Positions 1 through 13,800 of a DNA stretch of 55,782 nucleotides are shown one piece after another. The notes under the pieces are model-generated. The model had not been told where the DNA came from. It saw only the letters and a list, made by a program, of their open reading frames with translations, and did no database searches. Each line of letters starts with the position of its first letter. Positions within the stretch are counted from its first letter, which is position 1. The position numbers and the translations under genes were made by a program. Origin of the DNA: Prorocentrum cordatum. Lineage: Eukaryota. The stretch spans positions 62,001-117,782 of the forward strand of contig CAUYUJ010000133.1 of NCBI GenBank assembly GCA_963575745.1. The letters are read 5' to 3'.

Positions 1-584
1 CGAGAACGCCTTCACGCTGCGCCCAGACATGAGGTAGTGGAAGTCTGCACGCCCGCTGATCCCAGACGTGTAAAAAACAGCGTTCTCGCTTACAGCCGCC
101 AGTCTCTGGTTTTTCCCGGGCGTCTCAAGTCGACTAGGTGAAGACATGTTTAAGTCGATCTTCGTTTTCAACAGAACATCTGGACGACATAGAAACACAG
201 AATCGTACACATGGCCTGTAGCTTCTTGGTAGTCGTCTATGATCTGCAGCACCTTGGACAGGGAACGAACCATCGAAACGTGGTTGATTTGAGGGTAGTC
301 GCCTCCGCTCCAGTGTCCATGCGGAAGACGTTCCGCCATTGCATTGATCTCGGGCATATCATCTTCATTGACTTCATAGTGCGCGACTGTGGGATTGTAG
401 AGCTTTTTCAGCGAGCCCCCATAGCTTGGGCTCCACGAGTGGATGAACACGTCAGTAGGACCCAGAAGGTTCTCTTCGAGCAGCTTGGCCGGGATCGACA
501 GGTTCACCGTCGACTTCATGCTCGCCTGTGGTCCATCCTGCAACTGTCTCTGCGATGATTCCTGGGCGAACTTCCCACGTATAC
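1..584 (-). CDS. Exon 5 (runs off the window): second, uncharacterised glycosyltransferase-like domain
   Basis: Polypyrimidine+CAG acceptor at 585. Open to base 1 with DVFIHSW, LKKLYNP, SMVRSL and YDSVFLCRPDVLL motifs typical of putative GT-A-like proteins. Absent from the ORF track because it has no stop in the window. Confidence 0.75.
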
Positions 585-928
585 CTGGGGAAGCAGAAAG
601 GCACCGTTACCCCTGACCCCTCCCAGGGCGCACGATGACCAGGATGTCACGGAATATCTGACCGTGGCGACGAGAGCTCTGCAGGACGGGCAGCGGCCCA
701 GGTATACGATCCACGAGCAAGAGACGGCACAAGCATAAACTTGCGGAGGTCCGAGCGGATGTCTCGGGTCGGCGCTGGAGCACCGTGGCGGCGCCTCCAG
801 CCACGCGCGCTCCGCGCGCCAGGGAGGGGCGTCCCGCGCCGAGCCTAGACACCAGCGCAGACCTCCACAAGTCTATGCTGATGCCGTCTTCTGGCTCCAC
901 GATCTGGTTCCTGCTTCTGAAATCAGAC

Positions 929-1061
929 CAGTGATGCCGCCGTAAAACGCGATCGCGTACGGCTTCGCCTGCACAGGCACCGCAGCAGAGGCCGCCGAGG
1001 AGGCAGCCTCGACCGGCCTGGCCACCGGCGGGTCCGCCGCGGGAGCTGCAGCGGGGGTCGC
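929..1061 (-). CDS. Exon 4: linker end and start of second glycosyltransferase-like domain (KPYAIAFYGGIT)
   Basis: CCAG acceptor at 1062 and G|GT donor at 928; phases match both neighbouring exons. Confidence 0.7.
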
Positions 1062-1479
1062 CTGGCAGGACTGAGCTGATCGGCGGCGAGCCCAGGGGTG
1101 AAGTGAGAAGGGGCCGGCCTCCTCGGAGGGCTCCGACGTCCCTTGGCCTCCCAGAAGTTTCCCAAGCCTTGCCCGGAGACACCCAAGACCTCTCAGGAGG
1201 CCAGAGGGCTTCCGAGAGCCCCGCCAGCTTTCTGAGCAGGCCATCTCCTTCTCACTTCCCCCCTCGCTCAACGACGAGCGTAATCGAATCGCGAAATCGG
1301 ATCGGAGACAGATCGCATCGACAGCGAGTCGTCCCGGATCGAATCGAGGTCGGACCGCCGAGCCCTGCGACCGTTGACCCCAGCCGATGCCAGTGAACCC
1401 AGCAGAGGCGAATCGCATCAGAATCGCGGTCCCAGCCTGCGAATCGAATCGCTTCGAATCGGATCGCAGGAGGCCCTGC

Positions 1480-1984
1480 CTGGGGGACCGCTCGGGGCGC
1501 CGTCACCGACTTCTTGGCTGCCTCCTCAATCCAGCGCTTCATCAGTGCATCTGCTTCCGCCGAGGAGGCGGCGGGGAGGCCGCCAGACGGTGCGCCTGGG
1601 AAGCCGCCCGGGAAGCCGCCAGGAGAAGCGGCCGGGTGAGCCACCTTCGGGGCCGCAGGGAGAGCCAGCGGGGGGGGCGCCAGGGAGGTCGCCGCGGGGG
1701 CTGCTGGCGGTGAGGGCAGCTGGCTGGGCGCGCGGGGAGGGCCACTGGGAGACGTCCCAGCGGCCGCCGTCATAGGGGCCGCCAGGGGGGCTGGTTCACC
1801 GAACGAACTGAGCCTGGTCTTGCTGGGCACCCAGTCCTTCGTCGTGGGGGAGAGGTGCTTCCACTCCGTCGCCTCCTGAGGGCACGGTGCACGCTTGTGC
1901 GAATAGCCCTCCGCAATGTCTTTCGAGTGGTTCAGGCCAACCATCCAATTGCCTTTCTTCTCCACGAAAACCGTCGGCCCCTCT
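1480..1984 (-). CDS. Exon 3: rest of the Trp-rich domain plus Pro/Ala-rich linker
   Basis: The phase-2 CAG acceptor gives YFLYRR-EGPTVFVEKKGNWMVG...PCPQEATEW. Ends CAG|GC in phase 0. Confidence 0.7.
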
Positions 1985-2527
1985 CTGGGGGGGCACGAGG
2001 CCGCGACACCGCTGGTGGACAGCTGCCCTGCCCATGTCCAACGTCTTCTGTGGCCAGCCTCGCGGGCCGGCCCCTCTGGGCCGTGACCCCGCGAATACAG
2101 GCCCCTCTTGCGCGCGGATGCCCCGCGCGGAAGGCATCCGTGCGATCGCGCATTGAGCGCGAATCAATGGGGAAACGATACATGGGGTGGGAGAAAGGTG
2201 TTTTTTGTTTCGGGCCCGAAAGGCCCCCTGCTGGGGCCCCACTGGGCCCTGGAGGGCCCCTTTTCGGCAGCCCTCGCCGCCCCCCCCATGTATCGACGCC
2301 CCAACCTATCGCCGCCCGAGCGTATGTGAGGGATCGCGCTCGGGAACCCCGACCACGAGGAAGGCGGACACGTACGCATGTGTCGTCCGCCGCTCGTGAG
2401 CAGCAGCTGCAAGACGTGCGCTGCGCGCCGCGCCCTGCCCCGCCCGAGTTCCTGCCTCTCCCGCGCCTCCGACCCTATCTCCTTTCTGCTGTCTACCAGG
2501 GCTCGTGGGCCACGGCGCCCACAAAAC

Positions 2528-2734
2528 ACATATATATATATATATAGGTACACACACATCTACACATATACATCTAGACCGGTATATGTGTATATATGTA
2601 TGTACGTAAACATATACATACACATATGCGAAAACGTATACCTATATATATGTATATACATACATACATACATACATACATACATACAAACATACATACA
2701 CATACATACATACATACATACATACATACATACA

Positions 2735-2768
<34 letters not shown>

Positions 2769-2855
2769 CATAAAAACATACATACATACATACGTACGTA
2801 CGTACGTACGTATGTATATATATATATAAATACATGGAGAGAGAGAGAGAGAGAC
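2528..2855. repeat. (TA)n/(TACA)n/(GA)n microsatellite (intronic)
   Basis: Directly visible. Confidence 0.95.
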
Positions 2856-2989
2856 TCGCACGCACCATGAATTCCCATTCGTGCATTTGATATAAGAACC
2901 CACGAATGACTCCTATGAGTCTCGCGCTCAAGAATGAGGTTTCTGTTTTGCAGGGCTCTTCGGCAGAAATTCAAGGCGATGTTCACCCT

Positions 2990-5070
2990 TTGCACTACTC
3001 AGCAGCCTCCGCCTCCAACACAACAATCCCGAATACTCAAGCGGCTTCCTCCCCAAGCTGAACTTGGAAATCACATAATAATCAACCCCTTCAGTCTACA
3101 GCTCAATATCCACTATTCCACAGCCTCCGTCTCCAACGCAACACCCAATACTCAACAAACTCCCTCCCATACAAGAGGAGCCGGAAAAGAACCGTCTGTT
3201 CTACACCTTCCGTCTACAATACAGCATCCCGTACTCAACAGTCTCCGTCTCCATCACAAAACGAAATACTCAACAGGCCCCCATCACCACGATGAATTTG
3301 GAAATGACCTTCTCTTCGACCCCCATCCGTCTACAACACAACACAATACTCAACAGCCTCCGTCTCCAACACAACACCAAATACTCAACAGGCCCCCATC
3401 ACCACGATGAATTTGGAAGTGACCTTCTCTTCGACCCCCTCCGTCTACACCACAACACAATACTCAACAGCCTCCGTCTCCAACACAACACCAAATACTC
3501 AGCAGGCCCTCTCCCCAAGAAGCACTTTAAAAAAACCGTGTACTCGCCCCCCCACTTAAAACACAACATCCAGTACTAACCAGCCTCCATCACCAACACA
3601 ACCACCCAATTCTTAACAGGCTCCCTTCCAAAATTGACCTTGGAAGAAAACCTTCTACTCAAACCCCCTCCGTCTGCAACACACCATCCAGTATTCAACA
3701 GCCTCTGTCTCCAACACAACACCCAAGACTCAACAGGGTCCCTCACCAAGCCGAGCTTGGACATTACCTTCTAGCCCACCCCCTCCATCTACAACACACC
3801 ACACAGTACTAACCATCCTGCGTCTCCAACACAAACCACCCCATTCTCAACATGATCCTTCCCCAAGCTGAACTTGGAATTACCTTCTACGCGACCCACT
3901 CCGTCTACAACACAACACCCATGACTCAACAGCCTTCGTCTCACACACAACACCCACTACTCCACAGGCTCCCGCCCAAAGATGAACTTGAACATCACCT
4001 TATGCTCAAGCCCCCTCCGTCTACACAACACACCCAACACTCGACAGCCTCCGTCTCCAAAACACCATCTGGTACTCAACGGGCTCCCTCCCCAAGAAGA
4101 ACTCTAAAACAAACTTGTACTGCACCCATTCCCAACGCCCACTACTCGACAGGCTCCCGCCCCAAGCTGAACTTGAACATCACCTTCTGTTCAAACCCCC
4201 TGTCTACACAACACACCCAGTACTCAACAGCCTCCGTCGCCAACACAACATCCGGTACTCAACAGGCTCCCTCCCCAAGAAGAACTTGAAAACAGCCTTC
4301 TACTGCACTCCTTCCGTCTACGCCACAACACCCCGTGGTCAACAGCATCCGTCTCCATCACAACACCAAATACTCAACCGGCTCCCTCCCCAAGCTGAAT
4401 TTGATCATAACCTTCTATGATACCCCGTCCGTCTACAAGACAACACCTGGTATTCAACAGCCCCCGTCTCAACACCCGGTACCAAATACTCAACAGGCTC
4501 CCTCACCAAACTGAACTTGAAAATAACCTTCTACTCCACCACGTCCGTCTACAACACAACACACAATATTAACCAACCTGCGTCTCCAACACAACACGAC
4601 ATTCTTAACAGGCTCCCTCCCCAAGATGAACCTGGCACCCACGACCCAACAAGCTTCCGCCCAAACCCAAACTTAAAAATAACCGTCTACTCGACTCCCT
4701 CCGTCTGCAACACAACTGCCAATACTCAACAGCCTCCGTCTCCAACACAACCAACCAATTCTCAATAGGCTCCCTCCCAAAACTGAACTTGAACATAACC
4801 CTATACTCTAGCCCTGCCCTCTACAAAAACAACATCAAATACTAACCAGCCTCCGTCTCGAACACAAAACCCGCTATTCCAAAGGCTTCCTGCCAAACTG
4901 AACTGGAAAATGACATAATACTCAACCGTAATATAAACAGCCCCCCTCTCCAACACAACACCCCATACCCCACAGGCTCTATCCACAAGCTGACTTTGAA
5001 AATCACCTTCTACTCGACCCCTTTCCGTCTTCAACACAACACCCAGCACTTGACACCCTTCGTCTCCAAC
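2990..5070. repeat. Degenerate tandem satellite, ~115-120-bp unit (intronic)
   Basis: Recurring CTCAACAGCCTCCGTCTCCAACACAAC / TACTCAACAGGCTCCCTCCCCAAG / TGAACTTG; for example CAACAGGCCC at 3271 and 3386. Confidence 0.9.
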
Positions 5071-5499
5071 GCACGAACTGACCCACTCAGAAACCTCCGC
5101 CTCCACGGCCGGCGCACGCACCCGAAACGCCCCTTTCCGTTTGCCATCTTCCAAGAGGACATTGGGGGGTTCATGGTACGTACGGAGACCTGATGATAAC
5201 ACACTCGCCCAGGAAAGGTGGTCAGAGTTCCCTGGCCATTCCCAGGTTTTCCCAGGACCCCCTCGGGGACGCAATCAGAAGACCAAGCGGGCCCAAAAGG
5301 CGTGTAAAACGAACCCAAGGCGGGCCCCCACCAGGGGCCCCAAAACCGGAAATGGGACGAACCCCAACCAACTAGTCCCAATACAACCGTCCGGAGCAAA
5401 TTGCAACCAGACAGGTCCCAGGTATGACCACTTACTAGTACGGAGTCTTCAGAATTGTGAAATAACCGGAGATATCCCGCAATCTTTTTGAAAGGGCAC

Positions 5500-5835
5500 G
5501 AGGGGTCCTGAAGAGACAATGGGGGACCCTGAAGGAAGGATGAGGGACTCCTGAAGGGGCAGAAGTGATCCTGAAGGGGGCACGAGGGATTCCTGAAGGG
5601 TGCATGAGGGATCCCGAGGAATGCTCACAATCCAGAAGATTCGTGACGGATCCTGAGGAATCCTGAGGAACACTGAGGAACCCTTAGGAACCGTGAGGAA
5701 TCCTGAAGAACCTTCAGGGATCCTCACGGACCCCGGACCCTCAAGGATCCTGAGAACCCCTGAGGGACTTTGAGGGACCCGGAAGGATCCTGAGGGATCC
5801 TGAGGGATCCTAAATGATCTTGGAGGATCCTGGGG
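5500..5835. repeat. Degenerate ~10-mer tandem repeat (GGATCCTGAG-like)
   Basis: Directly visible. Confidence 0.85.
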
Positions 5836-6767
5836 GCGCATAGAATCATGAAGTAATTCCGCTAGGTGGGCTCCGCTCACTTGGCCCAGATCTGTGCGCC
5901 CTCAAGTCACTCAGGGCACGTGCGACACACTTCTCTAAGATGGGGTAAGCTGGATGGAATCCACGTCCGCATCCACATCTGACCCCCCCATCTGCTTAGC
6001 AACCACCTGGACGATCCAAGAAGAGGCCAACAGACAGACCCAAACTAGGAACTGGGCTTTCGGCACTGGGAGAGCCGGCGGCGGAGGCCGCAGCGCAGCC
6101 TCTCCAGGCCCGCCGCCTCCTGAACGCCAGCGGCCCACAGGTGCCAAGGCACGTTTTACGTCGCGGCGCGGCAGGGGGCAATCCGCTCGCGCGTCGGGGG
6201 CTAAACCGGGAAGGTTTTCGTAAGGGTTTTACAGGAGTTCTCCCTCAGGGAGGTTGTTGGGAAGCGTTTGGAGGAAGTCGCACAACAACCTTCCTAAAAC
6301 CTTCCTGGGGAAGGCTTTTTCGGAGGAGTCCTCCTAGAAACCTTCCTAAAACCTTCCTCAGGAAGCACGGAGTCGCGCGCGGGAGCGGCCGGGCTCAGGG
6401 GCAGCCCCTGGCAGCAACCGCGGGGCGGCACCACGACGCACCCAGGGTAGGTGCCAAGACGGACCACGAGAGAGAGCCCAGAGGCTCACGAGACGACCAC
6501 GAGGGCTCCCCAAGATGGCCCAAGAGAGCCTCGGGACGGACCAAGGAGTGCCCAAAGATGGCCCGAGAGGGCCCCAAGAGCCCAGAGACGGCGTGCCCCA
6601 AAACAACCGCAAGACGACCCGAGATGGGTACGGCCAAGAAAAGCACAGTGGCCCAAAGCCCCGCCCACGAGACAACAAGAGGCACCAGGATGCCTTTAAG
6701 AGGGACCCAAGAGAAACCAACTTGGGGTCCTCCACCAGACGGGACGGCGATGACTCGCGGGAGGCGC

Positions 6768-7502
6768 CGTCGATACAAAAAATAACTGCCCGGCCCAGCA
6801 TAGATGGGCCGCCCTCCGTTGAAGTCGGCGTCCGAAACAATGCCCGTCCTGTTGTACACTCCTAACCAAGCTCGCTGTTCTCGCTCGCTGCTCTCCATCA
6901 GCACCTGCGCAGGGCACTTCTCCTGCACTCCGGCGCAAGCAGGAGGGTCGCTCTCGAGGGCTGGCGTGTGGCAGCAAGCATCAGCACGGGAGACGATGCG
7001 CTGCAGCGGCCTCGTCAACAACGCCTGGCTATCGATGAGGTCGCAGTAGAAGCGAGACATGGCGTCACCGTTACGCTGAACAGAGGGAGCGGTGCCTCGG
7101 ACGAGGCTGAAGGACTCGACATCTGCCCGAGCCGGCTTTGGAAGACCAGTGAAGTGCGATACCACTACCTCTGCGCACCGCTTCTGGCACGAATGGTTCA
7201 AGTTCACGCCCGTTGGACTCATGCAATTGAACTTACTGTCCAACTCGGAAATTTTGCCCTCGTACAAAGCATTGATGATCTGCTCGTCGTTCCGCTTGGA
7301 CGCATTGCCCGTGAGGACTTGCGCCATGTGAAATACCATTCTTAGGTACTTTTTAAGACTTGGCTTGAAAAGCATGACACCAGAGCTGAAACCTCTATCG
7401 CACCCATTCGGTACCATGCCAATGTTGTTCCTGGGAATGGTCTGGCTGGAATTCAGCAGAAGGCCCAATGCACCGCTCGCGACATATGTGTCTGCATCCA
7501 TA
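6768..7502 (-). CDS. Exon 2b: GT8 catalytic core plus start of a small Trp/Tyr-rich domain
   Basis: MDADT (DxD), FSSGVMLFKP, NDEQIIN, KFNC and HFTGLPKP are GT8/glycogenin-like motifs, followed by GVYNRTG..FNGGRPIY...YFLY. Ends in CG|GC (GC donor, phase 2). Confidence 0.85.
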
Positions 7503-7837
7503 TCCGCCACCGCGCTTGCGCGATAGTGGAGTGTGAGAATGCGTGCAACTGGTCTGGCACTGACTCTGTGGTTGTCCAAAGCGCCCCCCCTCGCTGGGCC
7601 GACTTCCGAAGCGGGCAAGCGCTTGACCGCGCCCAGGATATCCCGACCCAGGAAACGCTCCGCCGTACCCTGGGAAATCTCCGCCATGCCCGAGGGAAGC
7701 ACCGCGACCTGGAAAGAAATCGACGTGGCTGGGAAAGAACATGATGCCGCCACGTCCTTCACCCTGCGACGCCTCTACCGCCACCGTACTCCTCCTCCTC
7801 CTCCTCCTCCTCCTCCTCCTCCTCCTCCTCCACCTCC

Positions 7838-7858
7838 CCGTAGCCATTTTGGCTCAAG
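7838..7858 (+). other. Dinoflagellate spliced leader (DinoSL) copy at the LINE 5' end
   Basis: CCGTAGCCATTTTGGCTCAAG is an exact match to the 21 invariant nt of DCCGTAGCCATTTTGGCTCAAG. Confidence 0.95.
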
Positions 7859-10800
7859 CCTCCACGGGCCTCCTCGTGTGGGGCTCCCTCCAACCTCGGC
7901 CCAAGGTTGTCCGCCAACCATTCCTTTGTGCACCAGCGCGGGTTCTGTCAGGCTTCCCATCAGAACCTTCATTCATATCGCACGACTAGTCCTGACGCCA
8001 TGTCTTCCCCCTTCTGGCTATGCGCGACGCCACGCTGCCCAGGCTGGTTGTGGCCTTGCAAGGGGAAGCGAAGGTGCAAGTATTGCAGGGAGATTTTCCC
8101 CAAGGACTTACGCTACCCAAGTTCCTCGACTCCTCCCTGGAGTACCTCAGCTACATGGGGGACTGGGACTGGACGGGGCGGTTGGAAGTGGGTGGAAGAC
8201 GATGCAGCAGCAGGTGGTGTGGGAGGTGGAGGCGGCGGCGGCGACGTCCAGCAGCAGTCGACCACCGTGCCCCCACCCAAACAGGTCGGACTCCAAAACA
8301 CTAAATGGGGTGATCGTGAAAAGTCTACAAGGCCCAGGTCGATCTCAACATCGCTAAAAGCTTTTATGGGCCAGGTGAGCCAGAGCTTCTTCAAGCCCAG
8401 CAGGCCCTCCAGGACGCAAAGGCGGCCGCCATTGCAAGTCGACCCCTACCAGTTCAGGCCAAGTCGCTGGCCGACCATATCAACATCCAAAACAGGAAGT
8501 TGGCTACAATTCTTAGCGCAATGGCGGCCCTCGAGGCCTCCATCAAGTAGCAGATAGAGCGCCACGAGCAGCTCCAGCTCGAGTCCGATTCCACGGCCCA
8601 GGAAATCAAAACCTTGAAGTCTCCTACGCCACCATCTCACGAGCAGCAGCAGCGTCCATGGTTGAGGACCAGCAGGACGACCGATTCACGCACGTCCAGC
8701 AAATGCAGCAAGCTACTCTTCATGAACTTCCACAGCTGCCGCCGGAACAAAAGAATGCCGTCCAATCGATGATCCTTGAACTATCGGCTCTACTTGATCA
8801 GGTTGCCCGCACCAACGCGCCGGCTATGGCGCCCACAGCCCCATCAGCGGCCCTGGACCTTCATTCCGCCCTCGACCCTGCAGGTGCAGAAGGAGCAGGA
8901 GCAAGAGCTGAGGAGTCAGCAGGAGCAGCCGCTGACGCGCCCATGGAGGAGGAGGCACGAGAAAGATCGGTCAGTGTTCTTGCTACCAGAGTCTCTCATG
9001 GGTTACGGGGTGTCGCAGCTCGTCATTCCAAGCAGTGTGGTGCGGCTATTCCTCTCATCTCCTCCCTCAAGAAGTCCCCAGATAAGGGCAAGGCCGTGGG
9101 AAAAGGAAAACAGGGCCGAGGGGGCAGCGGGAACGGGAACGGAAGCGACGAGGGCGACCTCCAGGTCTTCTTGGAAGAAACCCGGTTCCTCGCAGAGTCC
9201 GCCCAACCATCCCTCCCAGGTGCCCTTGCGGCCGCAAGCGGCTCTAGTGGAGGCCCCACAACCCGTGGAGGGCGGGGGTGCTGGGTGCCAACTTTGATCC
9301 GGCAGGTTTCCCAGGGGCAAGGACGCCACTAGTTGGCAGTGCAAAGTGGGTACTATAAATGTGAATTCGTGGAATACTTCCAAGCAGATATCGACTCGGA
9401 TAGAATTCTCAAGTATCACGTCCTTTTGCTCCAGGAGACCCACGCTGCTTCGACTGATGATTTTCGGAACGCAGTGGAGTTCAGCATGGCACATGTATTG
9501 CATGGAGTCTTTCCTCTCTCGAGGCGCCTCGAATCTGGACAGTTTTCTGGAGGAGTCGCAATTCTTGTTCGGATGGGGATGAACTTCGGGATCCAGGACA
9601 TTGATTTCGAATACCCCTGTGGTCACCGAGGGCTTGCCATCAAGCTTGATATTGAGAATCTGGGTCGTTTTCTGATTTGCAATCTCTACTTCGAGCCCAG
9701 CACGGGCCTAAAAGAGGTAAATATGAAGCTGCTTGGTGCCGCCGGTAGTCTCCAGGACAAGTTTGAGTTGCCGCTTTTAGCAGGAGGGGACTTCAACATG
9801 GCTTCTCTGACCCTCTGCGTCCCCCAAAAGTTCACCTACTCAACCCGCAAAAATGAGACAACCATCGATTTCTTCATGCTATAGCGGCCGTCAAGAGCCA
9901 GGTGGAGGGAATCGAGTCGGCTACGGACTACCCCCTTTCACCTCACCGACCAGTCATTCTTTCGATAAGGGTGAAGGCTTTGGAAAAGGTGCCAGCTTTC
10001 GTACTACCACCTCAGCGTCCCACCAAGAGACCCTTTGGGCCAGCGCCAGAAAGTGCAGACTGGGAAGATCTTGACCGTTTTTGGGATGTGACGTTGGAGA
10101 TTATCCAAACTAACCAGCTCCCCCAAACGGACAGCCATGATTTACTAGATGCCGTGTATGGTCTCTTCGTCAAGCATTTCGAGCATGTCGTTTGTCTGAA
10201 GACGGATACCCCGAGACCCAAGTCTTCCAGGAGGGAGCAGTATCCTAGAGTAAAGCTTGTCCCAGTGCAGGCTGTACATAAGAAAGCGCGGAAATTTTGG
10301 GTTTCACTCGTCAAGCCAATGACTTGGCTCCAGAACGTATTGCAACATCTGCTGAGGCATGTGGAAGCGGGCCCTGAAATATCCAGAGAGTTCGTCGACC
10401 ATGTTATTTCCGAGTTCTCCGAGGCGCCAGAAGAGCACCAATCGGTACAGACCCTCATTGCAGTGCACACTGAGACCAAGGCTCTTCTGACCGCCTTGGC
10501 CACAAACGCCCGGGCAGGGAGATGTGGTTCAATAGTGCCCAGGGAGATCTTCACGAAGCCTTATGCCGACATCGAGCTCATCCTCCAGAAGGAAAAGGAG
10601 GTTGAGAGGAAGGGATCGGCAGAAGCATGGAAGGGATGGGTGCGAGAAAACCTAGAGGGCATGCCTTCGGGGCGGGCCCACAGGTGGACAAAACCAACCG
10701 ATTTCTGGAAGCCCACGGCCCCCCAGGCCCTACTTCCCTCGGCAAAGCCTTCGGCCCTTCTCGAAGTGGAAGCCCGGCGTCTAGAAGGTATGTGGGAACC

Positions 10801-13800
10801 CACGTCCACACCATCTCCCCCTGTTGAGGCCGACCCATCAGATGCAGCGCAGCTCCCAGAAATATCGGTGGAACAATTCATCATGGTCACCAGGCTGTTT
10901 TCCCGCAAGACCAGTCAGACTTGGGACGGATTCCACCCGAGGCACTACGGGTTCCTCGAACTAGATCAGGTTTGGTTACCGTCAAGCTGTTTCAGCTGAT
11001 AGAGAGAGAGTGGGTAAGATGCCAAGTGTGGTGCTAGCCTTGTACACCACTCTCATTCCCAAGCACAAGCCTGATGATTGAGGCCCAAGTGTTCGTGGAA
11101 TCGTTTGCCTTCCCAGTGCTTACCGGATGTGATCTAGGTTACGGCAACCTGTCTGTAGAGGATGGGAGGCAAGGAACTTCGACCCCCCCATGGCCCACCA
11201 GTCTGGCAGATCAATTCTAGAGATCGTATACCTGCAATCATTGGCAGCTGAATCCACGACCTTGTCCAGGAACATGGTTTCGGGATCCGTTCTATGGGAC
11301 ATCAGTAACTATGACGAGCACGTCTGTAGAGAACTGGTCTGGTCGAGGGCCAAAGAGTCCCAGTTCTCCCTCACAGTACTAGCGGTGGTGCTCAACCAGT
11401 ATGCGCCCAAGAGGTTTTTCAGTTTCCCAGGCCTGGCAGTTGAACTCCAATATCCTCACTTCGGGATCGCAGCGGGTTGCTCATTTGCTACCTTCATCGT
11501 GCAGGTGTATTCCTTGCCTCCGCTCAGAGTGTGGCAGAAGCGGCACCCGACAGTCATTGCGACGATGTTGATCGACGATCTTCAAAGTAACAACACCAGC
11601 GACAGCCGGCAGGAAGTAGTCAATCAGCTAACGGCGTCGGCGGCGGATTTGTCCAGCATGATCCAGCACGAGTTGGAGTGTCAAGTCGCCCAGCGTAAGT
11701 CTGTAATCGTATCTTCCTGCCCCAGGCCCACGGACACGTTAAAAACGAGCTTCGGGAAGTAAGCTGGCAGGGCCCTCTCGTCGACGCCCAACTTAGGAGT
11801 AGATTTCTTCTGTGGGGCCGAGAAAGCCAAAAAAACTACGCTACTAGCAGAGCGTGTTTCGACGCTCAAGAAACGTGGATCCCGGTTCCGTGCCCTGAAG
11901 AAAACTGGAGCCCCTTTGAAGAAGCTTTATGTGTCAGGTCTTCAGGCATCAGGCTTTTACGGTGCAGAGGTCGTGGGGTTCACTTCCCCGGAGCTCAGTG
12001 CAGCCCAGACGCATTACATCTCCCTCGTCGGCGGCTCCTGCAAGAGCCGCTCACGCAGCACATCCCGAGCAGTCTTGAGTGACCCACTTTGTAAGCAAGG
12101 GCTGGGTCCAGCGACGCAGTGGGCCTCGATCGTATGGAAATCAGTGAGCAATGGGAGGTTCAGATCTATCCGCCCTCTCTCCGAGCTGGGGCGATTATTT
12201 CGTGAAGTCCTTCAGCAGCCTCATGCCAACTGGGGAGGGTGAGAGGGCCAGCAGGTGCAGCAATCTTGAGCCTGAAGCGAATTGACTGGCAATTCTTGTC
12301 CTCGTTCGAGATAGTCACCGATCTTGGACGCCAGTACGCCCTAACCGATACCGCTCCGAAGATGATCCATGAGCTAGTGCACGCTGCCTGGAATCGACGA
12401 ACGAACAAGTTGGCCGCCGACCGGCTAGGAATCGACCGATCGGAGCAGCTCGATCCGTCAGGTCTCCGATCCCTGTTAGCGTCAGCGGAGCTCTCGGCTA
12501 GACACAGGAATTTGCTCAGGGCGTTCTCCTGCCAAAGTTTATGGAGAAAACATAGATTATGGCGTCTTGGATATGACACTGACACAACGTGTCTCTGTGG
12601 TAGCGTGCGAGACGATCTTCACCACCGGCTGTTCACGCGCCCACTTACCCAGCATGTGCGCGACGAGTTCTTGTCAACAGAAGATCCCGATATTCTTACT
12701 CATCCAGATGTGGTCTCTGATCCATTATTAGCCTTTCAAGTGTGCCCGTCTTTCCCAACAGTCCCCCCTGAGGGGATTGGACACGAAGATTAGGAATGGT
12801 GGTCTGCAGACGGATCTCCTCCTGAAGTACCTCTGAGGGTGTAGTCTTCTCTGGCGGCCCTGCCTAGAAGGACGGGCACAGGTTCTTCCACCGGGCGGGT
12901 TGGGGACGTGTGAAGCTGTCCGATAGTGGCGAGGTTCTCGCCAGGATGCGTGGTAGAGTGGGTAACATGCTGCCCCAGAGTAGCCCAGCAGCTGAGCATG
13001 TCGCAGTGTTGGCAGCTGTAACATACGCACCGCCAGTAACAGAAATTAGAGCAGACTATAAGGGAGTGGTCGGATTTCACTCCCATCCTCGAGAGACCCT
13101 CCTGTATAGAAAGTCGTTGTACGCAGGAATCAAGATGCGTACAGTTGGACTCTCCGCTAATGGTGTTTCCTATTCTAAGGTGGCTGCCCATTTAGATCCC
13201 TCGTCGTTCCCTGAAGGCTCAGCTGAATGGTTTGACGCCGTGGGAAACGACGAAGCCGACAGAACTGCCAAGCTAGGTGCTAATTCACATTTGCAGCCAT
13301 CGAGTGCCGAGGTGGAGGATCAGGCAACGATTACCAAAGCCTTGGAGTCCTACCTTAAATTCGTCGCTAGAACTCTAGAGGTTTCCCCAGCTCTGCCCAA
13401 ACCCCGTGGCCGGCAGGGGCGCCGTTCCAGACTGAAGAGAGCGGGGCCTCGATGGGAGGGCAGGGCAGAGTACAGCTACCGCGACGAGATGTTGGGCATG
13501 TATTGACCAGTTACGGCTGGTATGGCGCCAGAGAATGGGGTCAATTCGGCAGGCGGGGGTGCTCCTTCCTCCTCCGCCCCTCCCTCTACCCCCCCTCCCC
13601 CGCCGCCGCGCCCGTATAGCCTGTGTTCAGCCGGTATCTGAAAGCCAGCCGCGTACGTCACCCAAGCCCCTCCCCTGGACGCGGCTTCGGGACCAGCCCA
13701 TCACCAGTGGATTTCTGGAGTTGTAAAATCTGCTGCAAGCGAAGCTACTCTGAGTTGCCTTCCGTTTCGGAAGTCTGCACCAGCCATAACGCCGTTTTCA

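Noticed and set aside
211..558. Plus-strand 115-aa ORF
   Set aside because: Antisense shadow of exon 5 on the minus strand.
7503..7762. N-terminal part of ORF 6395..7762 as GT8 coding sequence
   Set aside because: It lies inside the insertion; the true upstream GT8 sequence is at 28467-28519.
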